DNA of 43,234 nt from Nitrospirota bacterium (GCA_963741205.1 CAVUHW010000040.1:1-43234), one strand, 5' to 3'; positions 10,385-21,562 are shown, counted from the first letter of the stretch. The notes: generated from the letters alone by a model not told the origin. Translations and numbers: made by a program.

Positions 10385-13268
10385 CTAGGGAATAGAAGCT
10401 TGAACTGCAGGCCCGACCCCGTCGCCCGTCCTGAAGGTGGGGAGTGCTGCGGAGTCCACAAATTCTACCCCTTCCCACGTCGGCATGGGCGCAGGCATCA
10501 GCTTGAGCTGTCCTGGATGCTCGATGTCCCAGCGAAGCAGCATGGAGTGGTCCTCGTGCTGAGTATTGTGGCAGTGCTCCATGTAGGTCCCGTGAAACTC
10601 CCTGAAATGGATGGCGATCTCGACGCCATTGGTGTCATCGCCCAAGGGGCCTATCCGGTAGATGTCCTTGCGGGCATATTTTTCCCACAGGGGCGGCTCT
10701 TTCCCTCCGCGCGTCAGGATGACGCCTTCTTCAAAATGGACGTGGACCGGATGGGTCCAGCCTTGGCCGCCGTTCACAATATGCCATATCTCGAGTGTAC
10801 CATCCCCACTGAAACCCGCTTTCGTAGGACCGGTGGCGAGTTGAGGCGCGGCCGAGATCCGCCTGGGATCCATACCGAAGTCCGCCTCCCCGTCAGTTTT
10901 GATGGTCCACCGGGTCTGGTCCGTGGGGTTCGAGCGGGCGAATTCGAAGGTGCGGTGCCGCGCCTTCGCTATCTTTGCCAGATCGATCGGGTCATCACGA
11001 TGGATGGGAAGCGTGATCATTACTTTCCCTCCCGGTTCGAATCTCGTCGGGTCCATGGAGAGGTCTGTGCCGGAATACGGGAATACCCGGAATTCCAGGA
11101 ACCTACCGACACACGGGTCTCCTCCGACCCAGCGAAGCGGTACGCCGTTTGCGTCAAGCTCCATCCGGGCTTTGTATCTCTCGGACAGAATATCCGCAAG
11201 CGGGATCTTCCGATTCGGGCCCTTGCCGGTCGAATGTTCGAGCACATTGACGAAGTAAAGCTTATCGCCGGGCTTGATGCCGTATTTCGCGAAGTCGACG
11301 ATGATATCGTAGCGTTCGCGCAAGGCGGCCCAGTTCCGGCAGAATGGCGTTATGGTCGGCGTCCATTCTTGAGTCAAAGGCGATCGCGTGCTCCATGATA
11401 TTGCCGTCATTGGCGATCATATGGAATGGCACCCTGTTGTAGGAGACCCCGGAGTCCGGAGGTCCCGGCATCTCGCCGCCATCCCCCTTTATCTGATGTA
11501 CCAGCCCGATTGCGAAGAAGCGCGACGTCGAGGCGTCCAGAATACGGAAGCGATAGCGTCGGGCGCGAACGTTAAAGTAGGGGTGCCACAGCAGGTTGGT
11601 CGTGATCTCGTCGCCCACGAACCCGTCGAGGTTGAAGATATTGAACCACAGCTGGCCTTCCCGGTCCCAAGCCTTGTCCATGATGAAAAGGTTCACGTCA
11701 TAGTCGCGGTTCCCCCATGGCAGCGCCGTGCCGCTCGGGAAGCGAAGGTTGATTCCGTCGTCGAACGCTTCATTGCCCCGGTCTAGCGCGCTGTAGTAGT
11801 TCATCTTGGCGGCGTTGCCCTTGTATACGTTCTGGGCCGTGAAATCGAACATGTGGTCATGGAACCAGTGGGAGCTCATCGTCTCCCTCCAGTCGCCGCG
11901 GATCTTGATGGAGCCGTTTTCGCAGGTCTTCGGGTTCGGCTTGCCGTCGTTTACAAAGAGCGTTTCGCCGGGCGAACACGGAAATGCGGCCCGGGGATCG
12001 CTCGCGTCGGTGTTGATGCTGTCGTAGCCCGCCAGCTGGATCGGCCAGCGATAGTCATAGAACTCCCCCGGGAAGAAGAACGCATTGGTGAAGCCGTCGC
12101 TTTCACCCGGGGAGTGGCCGTTGTGCTCGTGGGTCGTGATCGTGTGCAGCCCGAAGCCGCGGTTCGCCGTCGGGTCAATGGGGAGCGCGTTGTGATGGCG
12201 GAAAGGATCGGCTCTCCATAGCGCACCATCGAGCAGCTTGGGCGGAAGCGTCCCGTCCAAGGTCCACATGGTCTTGTGGTTCTGAACAGGCATCAGCGGG
12301 TGGAATCGGAACGCGACGCCTTTCGTGGTCCCTACGAGCTTGGGCGCGCCCGGGACCGAGGATTCGTAGACCGTGTGATAAAGGCCTCCCGGTCCGAACT
12401 CACCGAGTGCGTACCCATGCCTCTGCAGACTGTCGCGCAAACCGGTGTTCGTGCGTGCGCCCGCAATGGCCGTTTGGGCAAATACTTGAGGAGTGAACTC
12501 GTTCCAACGCTGATGGGCCCAGCCTTCCCCCGGAGGTCGGCCTTCGGCTGGGGCTGTGGCAAGCGGCCTTCCAAGGAAGGCCTCAATGTCCCCTTTCCAC
12601 GGGTTTTGATCTCCGGTATCGGAGAACCTTGTGGGAAAAGGCGCAAGGCCTTTCTGCGAGAGAAAGGCATCCAAATCAGCCCCCGATGGGCCGCTCGCGA
12701 AAATGCTAGCCGGATCCTGCTCTGGCCCGGGTCCGATAGAAGGCATTGGAAACGGCATTGTCGGCAAAGGAGAGGACGGATCGAGCGGCTCGGTACCCAG
12801 CTCCTCGGCTCTCATCATCTGTTGGGTGAAATCCTGGGCGCCAAACAGCGGGCTCGGCCTGCCGTTGGTAGGGATGTTCAACGCCAGCAGTTGCGCCTTT
12901 TGGACTACATTGTTGATGCCCTCGTCTTTGAAGGTCCCTGATGGACCTCCCACGAAGGCCCCCTGATTTGCCGGAGGAAGCGTGGCGAGCAGATCACGGG
13001 CAAACTGCAGCCCGATGAAAGGCCCGATGAACGCGGTCGGATCTCCCGCCGGCGGCGGAGCAAAGCAGTCCAGTACCCCAGGTGGCGGGACGACGCAGGC
13101 GCCGATCGCCATGCTTCTTATTTTGGGGTCTGTCACCGGGCCTTGCGGAGACGATGTTCCGCCACTGCATCCCCACAAAGTTATAAGCAAACCACTGAGC
13201 ATTACACCGATAAAGAATCGATCGAATTTCTTTATCGGATTAGCTGACGCTATATTTATTTTTAACAT
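10385..13268 (-). CDS. Large lipoprotein multicopper oxidase; frameshifts at ~12205-12230 (compensating pair) and ~11330
   Basis: Lipobox LWGC; copper motifs THEHNGH, HWFHDH, HPVHVH, HCHNTQHEDHSM across the two ORFs. Confidence 0.92.
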
Positions 13269-13354
13269 TTCATATCACCTTCTTTGCCTCAAGTATAGAC
13301 CTCAACTATGCTTTTTTCTACCTACCAAAGCATGATTTTATTTTTAGTCAAATT

Positions 13355-13368
13355 ATTTGTCTTCAAAT
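13355..13368. promoter_or_regulatory. Operator-like site ATTTG-TCTT-CAAAT upstream of the multicopper oxidase
   Basis: Perfect match to the recurring motif, about 90 bp upstream of the start. Confidence 0.6.
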
Positions 13369-13837
13369 GTTTGCCTAGCATGTTACTCTCTTAAGCTTTA
13401 AAGAGGTACGACCTATCAAGGGCACGCTTCCGATAGGTTGCGAAGTTTCCACGGCGATTAAACCGTGTGAGGAATCATCAAAGAGGCGGACACGGACGTG
13501 ACAAAAGAATATATTGCTTGAATATGAACCAGTTCTCGGGGATTGTGGCCAGATTCGACCTTAGACTGCGAGACGGGTCATGAACTTCAGTGTCTCCGCC
13601 GACGAAGCGTTAAGAATGACCATCAAGCGACATCATTCATGCCGTTGCAGATACCGCCACTGAGGATATTCATCGAAGATGTGATGGAAGGTAACGTCGG
13701 GTTGCCGGGAGATGGGATCCCTCGGCGTACGCAGGATCGATGCCTTCGCTCCGGTCACAGTGCTAAGGCAATTAATTCTATAACTGTAGAAAATATCGAG
13801 GAGGGAGCACATCAAGCCTTCAATGCCGGCATTCCAG

Positions 13838-15186
13838 TTATTTCCCTGGTCTTTTCAGCTTTTCAAGGCCTTTTATGATGCCGCTGCTTACGCTTTTCTG
13901 ACGGGGATGAAATTCTACATTCCCAGCGTCTCTCATCTCGCTGCCCTTTGCGACCGTAAGAGAAGAGGATTTCGCGAGTGAAAGCACCTGGCTCGGGTAA
14001 ACGCTGCGGTGGCCGGTCATCAGAAAACTGATGACGCAGGCCACCGCGGCGTACGGGGCGATCTCGGGCCGAAGAGCTCGATCGCCATGATGCTCGCGGA
14101 AATCGGCGTGTTTGCCGCGCCTGCGAGAAGGCCGACCATTCCGATGGCGGCAAACAGGGCCGGATCAAACCCGAGCGATCTGCCGAAGGCGCTGCCCGCC
14201 GTTGCGCCGATGAAAAAGATCGGGGTGATGATTCCGCCGCTCCCGCCAAAGGAGAGCGTGATTGCCGTGAACAGGATTTTCAGGAGAAACGCGCCCGCAG
14301 GGACGCTTTCCCCTTTCAGGGACGCTGTTATGGTGTCCAGGCCGAGGCCGAGATAACGGGTCGAGAACGCCCAGGCCAGGACGACGAGCGGGAGTCCCCC
14401 GATAAGGCCCTTCCACGGCGCCCAGAGCTTTACCCGGTGGCTCAGGCCCTCGAAGAACTTAAGCGCCTCGATAAGGAGCAGCGAACAGAGTCCGAAGAAC
14501 AGCCCCGCCAGGCAGATCTTGAGAAAGAAGTAGCTGCTGAAGGCGGGGATGATGCTGATTTGTTGATGAAAGTAGGTGATGCCCAGGGCGGAGGACACCT
14601 GGTAGCCCACGATGCCCGCGACAAACGAGGGCAGCAGCACGTCGTAGAGCATGGAACCGACGAAAAGCACCTCGACGCCGAACAGCGCCCCCGCGATGGG
14701 CGTGCCGAAGATCGCGGCGAACCCCGCGCTGATGCCGCAGATGACAAGTTTCTTCCGGTCGCGGTCGCCAAACCGCAGGAGGCCGGCGAAGCCCGACGCG
14801 AGCGCCGCGCCGATCTGGGCCGCGGGCCCTTCCTTGCCCGCCGACCCTCCGAAGGCGATGGTGATGACCGTTGCTACGAGCTTGACCGGTACGACCGACA
14901 ACTTCATTTTTCCCGAATGCCGGTGCACCGCCTCGATGATCTTCTCCGTGCCGTGGCCCTCGGCGTCGGGGGCGAAGGTCTTCACGATCAGGGCGCTCAA
15001 AAAGAGAGCGGCAGGAAGCAGGAGAAAGTAATACTGATACCCGGTCGCGCCGGAGATGCTGAGCCCGAGCAGTTTCAGGAACACCGCCGTGGAAATTCCG
15101 ACGATGATGCCGATGCAGGATGCAAGAAACAGCCATTTCAGGATGCTCACGAAGAGAACAGAGCTCTCCAATACTTTTTTTCTCAT
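13838..15186 (-). CDS. ClC-family chloride channel/antiporter; frameshift at ~14065
   Basis: GSAGKEGPAAQIG, AGFAAIFGTPIAG, GGSGGIITPIF; C-terminal GHRSVY in ORF 13838..14044. Confidence 0.92.
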
Positions 15187-15236
15187 GAATACACACTCGC
15201 ATCCGCTTTACGCTCACGCATGCGCAACCTTGCCTC

Positions 15237-15818
15237 TTATTCCGTCATGACGACAAAGTCGTCTCGTCGGTTCTGCTGCATGCATGACTCGTCATGTCCG
15301 GCGCAGACCGGCTTTTCTTTGCCGTAGCTCAAGAGTGTTATGCGTTGTGCAGAGACGCCCATGTCGGTCAGATACTTCTTTGCGCTCGCACTGCGTCGCT
15401 GGCCCAGGGCCTGGTTGTACTCTTTGGTCCCGCGCTCATCGCAATTCCCTTCAATCCTGATCCTGACGCGGGAATGGGCCTTAAGCCAGTCGGCATTGGC
15501 TTTCATAATCTGCCCTGCGTCATCACGGACATTTGACTTGTCATAATCGAAATAGACCGGCTTCAGGCCTGTCGAAGCGGCGGCGGCCCGTTCCCTGGCT
15601 TCCGCCTCTTTCGCCAAGCGAGCCTCCTCGGCCGCCTTTGCCGCGGCAGCGGCTTCTGCTGCCCTTTGCGCCTCGGCGGCTTTTGCAGCATCTTCCGCAG
15701 ACGTTTCCTTCGGAGTTTCCGGCGCTGAGGTCATTTCTGTTTTCTTGGGACAACCCCAGAGGACGACGAGACACGCCAGAACCAATAATGACACAAACGA
15801 TATACTTTTGAACTTCAT
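15237..15818 (-). CDS. pal: Peptidoglycan-associated lipoprotein (OmpA-C domain)
   Basis: Lipobox LWGC; VYFDYDKS, IEGNCDERGTKEYNQALGQRR, SYGKEKP, NRR. Confidence 0.93.
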   Translation of the reverse strand: MKFKSISFVSLLVLACLVVLWGCPKKTEMTSAPETPKETSAEDAAKAAEAQRAAEAAAAAKAAEEARLAKEAEARERAAAASTGLKPVYFDYDKSNVRDDAGQIMKANADWLKAHSRVRIRIEGNCDERGTKEYNQALGQRRSASAKKYLTDMGVSAQRITLLSYGKEKPVCAGHDESCMQQNRRDDFVVMTE

Positions 15819-15923
15819 TTGGACATCCCTCCTGCATTGTCGATGATTTATGATTTCGTCTCTTTAGACGAGTTTTAACGGAACGCCTTGCTTACTTGCA
15901 AGCTCGCTTGATATTTTCTGCAG

Positions 15924-16055
15924 TCATACTTCTTTTTTCAGTTCCTCACGAAATCGAGAACGTAATTCCCGAAGGTCCTTTTCCTGTTTCGCTTTCAAAA
16001 ACGACAGTGTGGCAATAAATAAGCCTAAAAGCGAGGATATAATAAATATCGTCAT
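15924..16055 (-). CDS. Small single-TM protein (43 aa, MTIFIISSLLGLFIATLSFLKAKQEKDLRELRSRFREELKKEV)
   Basis: SD AGGAG; hydrophobic N-terminus with charged tail; shorter than the ORF-track cutoff. Confidence 0.5.
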   Translation of the reverse strand: MTIFIISSLLGLFIATLSFLKAKQEKDLRELRSRFREELKKEV

Positions 16056-16177
16056 AATTGTGCTCCTGAATCGGGTTAAAGGCTGTGCAGTGCATAACGA
16101 TTATTTTTAGCTTATTTTGAAGATTTTATACTATAATAGCTCTGCATATGCCATTTACTGTATGCGATGGCCGATGC

Positions 16178-16206
16178 TTGACTTCGTTGTTGTTGTGATT
16201 TATCAT
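16178..16206 (+). promoter_or_regulatory. sigma70 promoter for the first MarR gene
   Basis: TTGACT-N17-TATCAT. Confidence 0.6.
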
Positions 16207-16229
16207 ATATTTTATTTCAGCAAGATACT

Positions 16230-16243
16230 ATTTGTGTTCAAAT
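16230..16243. promoter_or_regulatory. Operator ATTTG-TGTT-CAAAT in the marR divergent promoter region
   Basis: Perfect motif match between the marR promoter and its start; a minus-strand TTGACA lies about 22 nt away. Confidence 0.7.
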
Positions 16244-16296
16244 TATTAACACAATGAACCTTTATTGTCAACAGCATATTTCGGAGGAAACATCTT

Positions 16297-16833
16297 ATGA
16301 CCAAAAAGGCAGATGCTGTCGCTGAAATCATCGATAATCTGCGCAGAGTATTCCAAGTGGTGAACGAACAGTCCAAGAAGGCCGAACATGAAACGGGCCT
16401 CACCGGCCCCCAACTCTGGGCGATCAAGACCATAGCCCAGGAAGCGCCCATCATGGTCTCGGATATAGCCAAACGCATGCACCTTCACCCCGCGACCGTC
16501 GTGGGAATACTCGATCGTCTTGAAAAACAGGAACTCGTCGTTCGCGTGAGATCGACTGAAGACAGGCGCGTAGTAAAAGTAGAGCTGACCAGGCAAGGCC
16601 GTGCCCTCGTGAAAAAATCGCCGGAAGTTGCCCAGGGGCTTCTGGTCTCCGGATTAGAGAAACTCGGCGAAAAGAAACTCAAAAACATCTCCGAGGGCCT
16701 GGATCAGATGGTGGATATCCTCGGCGCCCAGAACATCCCGCCCCGGCTTATTCTTTCCCCGGAAGTGAACAAGCCGGCAAAACGGAAAGCCGTGCACGAA
16801 ATTAGACAGGCACGAAAGAAACCGGAGGTTTGA
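16297..16833 (+). CDS. MarR-family transcriptional regulator (copy 1)
   Basis: LTGPQLWAI...HPATVVGILDRLE...RSTEDRRVVKVELT..G winged-helix signature. Confidence 0.93.
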   Translation: MTKKADAVAEIIDNLRRVFQVVNEQSKKAEHETGLTGPQLWAIKTIAQEAPIMVSDIAKRMHLHPATVVGILDRLEKQELVVRVRSTEDRRVVKVELTRQGRALVKKSPEVAQGLLVSGLEKLGEKKLKNISEGLDQMVDILGAQNIPPRLILSPEVNKPAKRKAVHEIRQARKKPEV

Positions 16834-16931
16834 TCCTAAGACGACTTCGTGATAATCGTAAATCGATTTTCATCGCCTAATGTCAAGGATGTCCGATCTT
16901 TTCTACTCACAGTTTACTGGTTTCGCCCAGC

Positions 16932-17762
16932 TTACCGTATCTCGTAGTTCAGCGTCACTCGCTGGCCGCCCCGCACCAGATCGATGGCTATGTTTCTCTC
17001 ATTCCTAAGCCCTTGATAGAGTTGAAAGAACTTTCCCGGATCGTCCAGTGACTGAGAATTAACCCGCTGGATGACGTCTCCGTTTTGCAGTCCGATTTTT
17101 GAGTAGATGCTTCCGGGGACTATCTCGCTGATTCGGAACCCCGCCGTCTTCCCCTGCTCCATGTAGGGCACTGCACGCGCTTGCGTGAGAATCTGCGCCA
17201 TGTTCTCGGTTGAGTCCAAAACCTCTTTCTGGTCCACCATGAATCTGCCGTCCGCGAGTTTCTTCACACCCGCGCCGCTCGGTCCGCTCTTCTGCATGCC
17301 GACTATCTTTGTATCGTCAACTACTTCGATGTTCGCAGTTGAACCATCGGGCCTTTGAAGTGTTATTTGATAACGCATGACTTTAATGACGGCCGAGCCA
17401 TCGGGCAGCTTCTGGTTAAGCCTGTAGAATGCCTGGCCCGTACTGTCAGCCAGCACTGCACCGGAAAATATATTGCCTTCGATCGTGCCAATGAGCTTGT
17501 AGGACGAGGCTTCTGCTGCAATGGCATTGCTGGACGGGCCTTTGCCCTCGCCGAAAAGCCCCCGATCAAGAATGGTCGTGTAATCAGACAGCTCCCGGCG
17601 CGGTAGCAGACCAAAGCGGGTCTTCTCCTCGGGAATGATCAATTTTGGAGAGGCCTCGAGATTGTGGCCGATCAGTGCGTCCACTGTGTCAGCGAGAAAA
17701 TACGCCGAAAGCGTAAGGAGCGCCACAAGCGCAATCGTATAGAGAGTTCTTTCTTCCTTCAC
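16932..17762 (-). CDS. gspC: Type II secretion system protein C (TM + HR + PDZ)
   Basis: N-terminal TM, YKLIGTI HR-like region, ARAVPYMEQGKTAGFRI...GLQNGDVIQRVN...RGGQ PDZ domain. Confidence 0.88.
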   Translation of the reverse strand: MKEERTLYTIALVALLTLSAYFLADTVDALIGHNLEASPKLIIPEEKTRFGLLPRRELSDYTTILDRGLFGEGKGPSSNAIAAEASSYKLIGTIEGNIFSGAVLADSTGQAFYRLNQKLPDGSAVIKVMRYQITLQRPDGSTANIEVVDDTKIVGMQKSGPSGAGVKKLADGRFMVDQKEVLDSTENMAQILTQARAVPYMEQGKTAGFRISEIVPGSIYSKIGLQNGDVIQRVNSQSLDDPGKFFQLYQGLRNERNIAIDLVRGGQRVTLNYEIR

Positions 17763-17893
17763 GGTTTTGTCACTGGGCCTTTTTACCAGTTCTTATCCTT
17801 ATGCAAAAAGGCGTCTTCCTGAGCTCGATGTATCATAGAGTACATTCCACGGGTTCTCGGCAAGCTCGGAGAAATCTCAACAATTTCCCCTCC

Positions 17894-20138
17894 TCAATCG
17901 TTCGGTGCGCCCGTATTGATCCAGATCTTGATGATGTTCTCCTCATGCGTGAGATAAGAACGGTGGACCGTCCTGCGGCATTCGAAGCGTGCTGGTGATT
18001 ACACCGGTCGCCGTGATCCTTTGGAACAATATGCTGTTGGGAGCGTCAAAAGGCACTACGCGGGTGCCCGTCGTCTGCGTGGCAAGCTGGTTCACCAGAT
18101 TGGAGTATGAAACATCCGGCTGAAGGATGAGCCCGGTATACCCCGCGGCCGCGAAGGGCTGGTGGCACTTGACGCAGCGGCCGGAAAAGATCGGCTGGAC
18201 ATTGCCTGAAAAGGTCTGGAGCTGCCCGCGGATTTCACCGCCCGGGTTCAGCAGAGGTGTCAACACTGATGTAGAACCCGGCGGAGATGAATCTGTTCAT
18301 CTGCACGTCGCTTAACGTGGGAGCAGTCGCAGGGATGGTCCATGTGCCGCTGCGGGAGGCGTCTCGGTGAGGGAAACCACAGGTGTAGTGCTGTTGTTGT
18401 CGGCATCCGCGTCATTGATATGGACGGCGGTGACGGTGTTTGTGCGTCATATTGGAAATAACCACCGTGCCGGTCAGCTTTTTTGTCGCCGTATCCAATA
18501 CCACTGTCGCCGTGCCCGTGGCGCTTGAAGTTACAGCCGGTGCCGAAACGACCTGTATTATCGTTCAGGAAGGCATTACGGGTATATTGTTTGGACGGCG
18601 GCGCCTGCGGAGCCTGCACGGCGCCGTTATTGTCCATGGCCCCCATGATGATCCAGACTTTGATGAGGCCTTGATCATGCGATGACAGCGCCGGCGTGAC
18701 CGGACTGGGAGGAGGCATGACCGACCCGACAACCGAGGAGAACCCGACGCCCGATTATTCGTTGAAGCAAAACGCTGTTATCGGCGTCAAAGGGGATTAC
18801 CCGCGCGCCGGTTGACTGAGTGGCGGGCTGGTTCACCAAGGTAGTGAGTGATATATTGGGGGACAAGTCGAGTCCGGTAAACGCAGCAGGTCCCAGAGGA
18901 TAGTGGCACCCGGCGCAATTAGCATTGAATATCGGCTGAATGTTGTCCGCATACGACAGGAGCTGACCGCGGATCTCGCCTCCCGGGTTTACGGAGGTGT
19001 CAACGCTGATGTAGAGCCCGGCTGCTTTGAATCTTTCCTGTTGCGCGGCGGTCAATGCGTCAGCCGTATCAGGCACGGTCCACGTTCCGCTGCCGGGGGG
19101 CGTTTCCACGAGGGAAACAACGGGATCACCATTGTTTCCAGGGTCGCCTTCGTTTATATGGACGGCCGTGACAGCGTTCTTCATGTTGGAAAGAGCCACC
19201 GTGCCGGTCAGGCGGTTTGTAGTCGTATCCAGCACCATTGTTGCAGATCCCGTGGCGGCTGAAAGTACAGGAGCTAGAGAAACGACCTGGATATTGTTTA
19301 GTAACGCCCTGCGGGTAAATTGAGGACTGAGGACGCCGCTGTCGTTTTCAGCCCCCATGTCGATCCAGGCCTTGATAAGGTTTTCATCATGCGTGTTTAA
19401 AAAAGGTCCGTTAAGAGGCATTCGCTGCGTATCTGAGAAGCCGACGCCGGTTATCCTTCGGTAGAGCACGCTGTCGCTTGAATCGAAGGGCACCACCCGG
19501 ACGCCCGATGATTTCGTGGCATTCTGGTTGACCAGAAGGCCGTAGGAGAGGTCTTGGCCCAGAAAGAGGCCCGTCGAAGACGCCTGTCCGCCGCCATTAT
19601 GACAGCCCACGCAATGCTGATCGAATATCGGCTGAATGTTGTCCGTAAACGACAGGAACTGTCCGCGGATTTCACCGCCCGGGTTCGCCGAGGTGTCGGC
19701 GACCACGTAAAGACCTGCCGTTTTAAATCTGTCCTGTTGCGCGGCGATCAATGCCGCAGCCGTATCCGGAATGGTCCATGTTCCGCTGCCGGCGGGCGTC
19801 TCCACAAGTGAAACAACGGGAGCGCCGTTGCTTCCGACATCGCCGTCATTGATGTGGACCGACGTGACCGCATTCGTCATGTTAGCCAGAGTCACCGTGC
19901 CGGTCAGCTTGCCGGTCGCCGTATCCAGTGTCACTGCCGCCGTGCCCGTGGCGGACGAAACCGGAGGCGTGTCGGAGACTACCAGTTTATCGGTCAGAAA
20001 CGCATGACGGGTGATCGCGTTGATTGATTGCGGAGTCTGGCCGCTTGATCCGCCGCCATTGCTCTTGCAGGACAAGACGGTTACAGTCATGCAAAAAAGA
20101 GCGAGAGAAACAATCAGGAGTCGGTTCATGGAATTCAT
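17894..20138 (-). CDS. Lipoprotein with three tandem CHRD + monoheme cytochrome c modules; several frameshifts
   Basis: Lipobox VLSC; three times ATGxA..LDT.T..LTGTV...VHIN.GD...GLY.....NPGGEIRGQ followed by CVGCH, CAGCH and CVKCH, each with MP and a WIxxGA end. Confidence 0.85.
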
Positions 20139-20163
20139 CGTGGCCTCCCCTTCAACTACATAT

Positions 20164-20370
20164 TTAATGGTACTTGTGATACGAATACAGAAATGATGAT
20201 TTTTGTACCTTCCTCACTTTTTGTAGCGTCTCAGCTGAACCCTTTTTGAGCTCGGCGGTGGAACCATCGCTATGGTCGTTCTCGTTGTTTATTTCCTCGA
20301 ATGTTATTTTTCTGGCAAAATACACTATGACTAGCGCAAGAATTGTATATTCCAGATAAAAGAAACCCAT
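20164..20370 (-). CDS. Small single-TM hypothetical protein
   Basis: SD GGAGGTG; MGFFYLEYTILALVIVYFARK... followed by a charged tail. Confidence 0.55.
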   Translation of the reverse strand: MGFFYLEYTILALVIVYFARKITFEEINNENDHSDGSTAELKKGSAETLQKVRKVQKSSFLYSYHKYH

Positions 20371-20443
20371 ATCAGCACCTCCGGATCGGATTAATAAACC
20401 CCTTCCAACGCGCTCTTCGGTTTCCAAGTAGAACAATATATAA

Positions 20444-21276
20444 ATCTCAAAATTGATTTTTTCTTGTGATATATACCGAATCTGATATTATCGGGCATGG
20501 CATTGCGTATTACAGACGAGCAATGGGAACTAATCCGGGAGCACTTCCCAGAAGAAAATATTCCCGATGGTCGCGCAGGACGCAAGCCGATACCCACTCG
20601 TCAAGTCCTTGAAGGTGTGCTCTGGATCCTGAACACAGGAGCGCAGTGGCACATGCTTCCACAATGCTATCCGAACTATAAAACTGTCCATCGTCGTTTT
20701 CAGCAGTGGTGCCGCAAAGATGTCCTGCGTGATGTTCTGTGCCAGCTAGCAAACACACTGCGCGAGTCCGGAGCGCTGGACGAATCCGAGTGCTACATCG
20801 ATGCAACCTTCTCCCCGGCAAAAGGCGGAGGAGATGGCATCGGCCTAACAAAGCGAGGAAAAGGCGTGAAAATCATGGGTATTGTGGATCGCAATGGTTT
20901 GCCCCTGGCAATCACCACGCACGCTGCGAATCACCATGAAGTCACGCTTGTTCAGCTGACTTTTGACTTCTACATGATTGAAGCAAAGCCGGAGAAGCTG
21001 ATTGGCGACAAAGCGTACGATAGCGATCGTCTCGATGACGAGTTGAAAAATGACGGCATAGAAATGATCGCGCCGCACAAAAAGAATCGCGTTCTTCAGC
21101 AGACGCAAGACGGTCGAGCGCTGCGTCGCTATAAACGACGTTGGCTCGTTGAAAGATTCTGGTCCTGGCTTCACTGGCATCGGCGTCTCGTTGTTCGCTG
21201 GGAATACTACACTACGAATTTTCTCGGCTTTGTTCAGCTAGCATCCATCTGTATCCTACTAAAGCAATTTTGAGAT
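20444..21276 (+). mobile_element. IS5-family insertion sequence
   Basis: 12-bp perfect inverted repeats ATCTCAAAATTG (20444-20455) and CAATTTTGAGAT (21265-21276) around a transposase; exact outer ends and target duplication not resolved. Confidence 0.85.
20497..21273 (+). CDS. IS5-family transposase (single ORF)
   Basis: TDEQW...GVLWILNTGAQWHMLP..YP..KTVHRRFQQW; IDAT, GDKAYD, YKRRWLVER. Confidence 0.95.
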   Translation: MALRITDEQWELIREHFPEENIPDGRAGRKPIPTRQVLEGVLWILNTGAQWHMLPQCYPNYKTVHRRFQQWCRKDVLRDVLCQLANTLRESGALDESECYIDATFSPAKGGGDGIGLTKRGKGVKIMGIVDRNGLPLAITTHAANHHEVTLVQLTFDFYMIEAKPEKLIGDKAYDSDRLDDELKNDGIEMIAPHKKNRVLQQTQDGRALRRYKRRWLVERFWSWLHWHRRLVVRWEYYTTNFLGFVQLASICILLKQF

Positions 21277-21548
21277 AATCAAATGATATTTAGCAGATCA
21301 TGATTGATTCCATAAAAAGAGGGCGCCGGGTGCAGCAGAGGAAGCCCCGGTGCCCCTAAGTGGAACAAGTGTCGCAGCTTACGGGGATGCTATCTCGCAT
21401 CCTCGTGGTTGGCATTCAAGACTCCGTGAGGACCCCTTCCTTTCATAGCAATATGATGCAAAAGTATTCCCTAAAACGCAATGACCGGCAAGTCGTCGAT
21501 GGCAGCATTGCATTTTTAGTTGCATTCTCTATATTATGTGCTAAAATG

Positions 21549-21562
21549 GTTTGTATTCAAAT
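21549..21562. promoter_or_regulatory. Operator GTTTG-TATT-CAAAT upstream of the second MarR gene
   Basis: One mismatch to the motif; same position relative to marR and to a minus-strand TTGACA (21585-21590) as at copy 1. Confidence 0.65.

Noticed and set aside
13400-13830. Hairpins (ACCTATC/GATAGGT, CACGG/CCGTG) and short ORFs between ClC and MCO
   Set aside because: Short stems with no recognisable RNA family or protein motif; cannot be supported.
13838-15250. Fluoride exporter CLC-F with a fluoride riboswitch
   Set aside because: Lacks the GNNLI/GREGT signatures, and no fluoride-riboswitch consensus is seen upstream.
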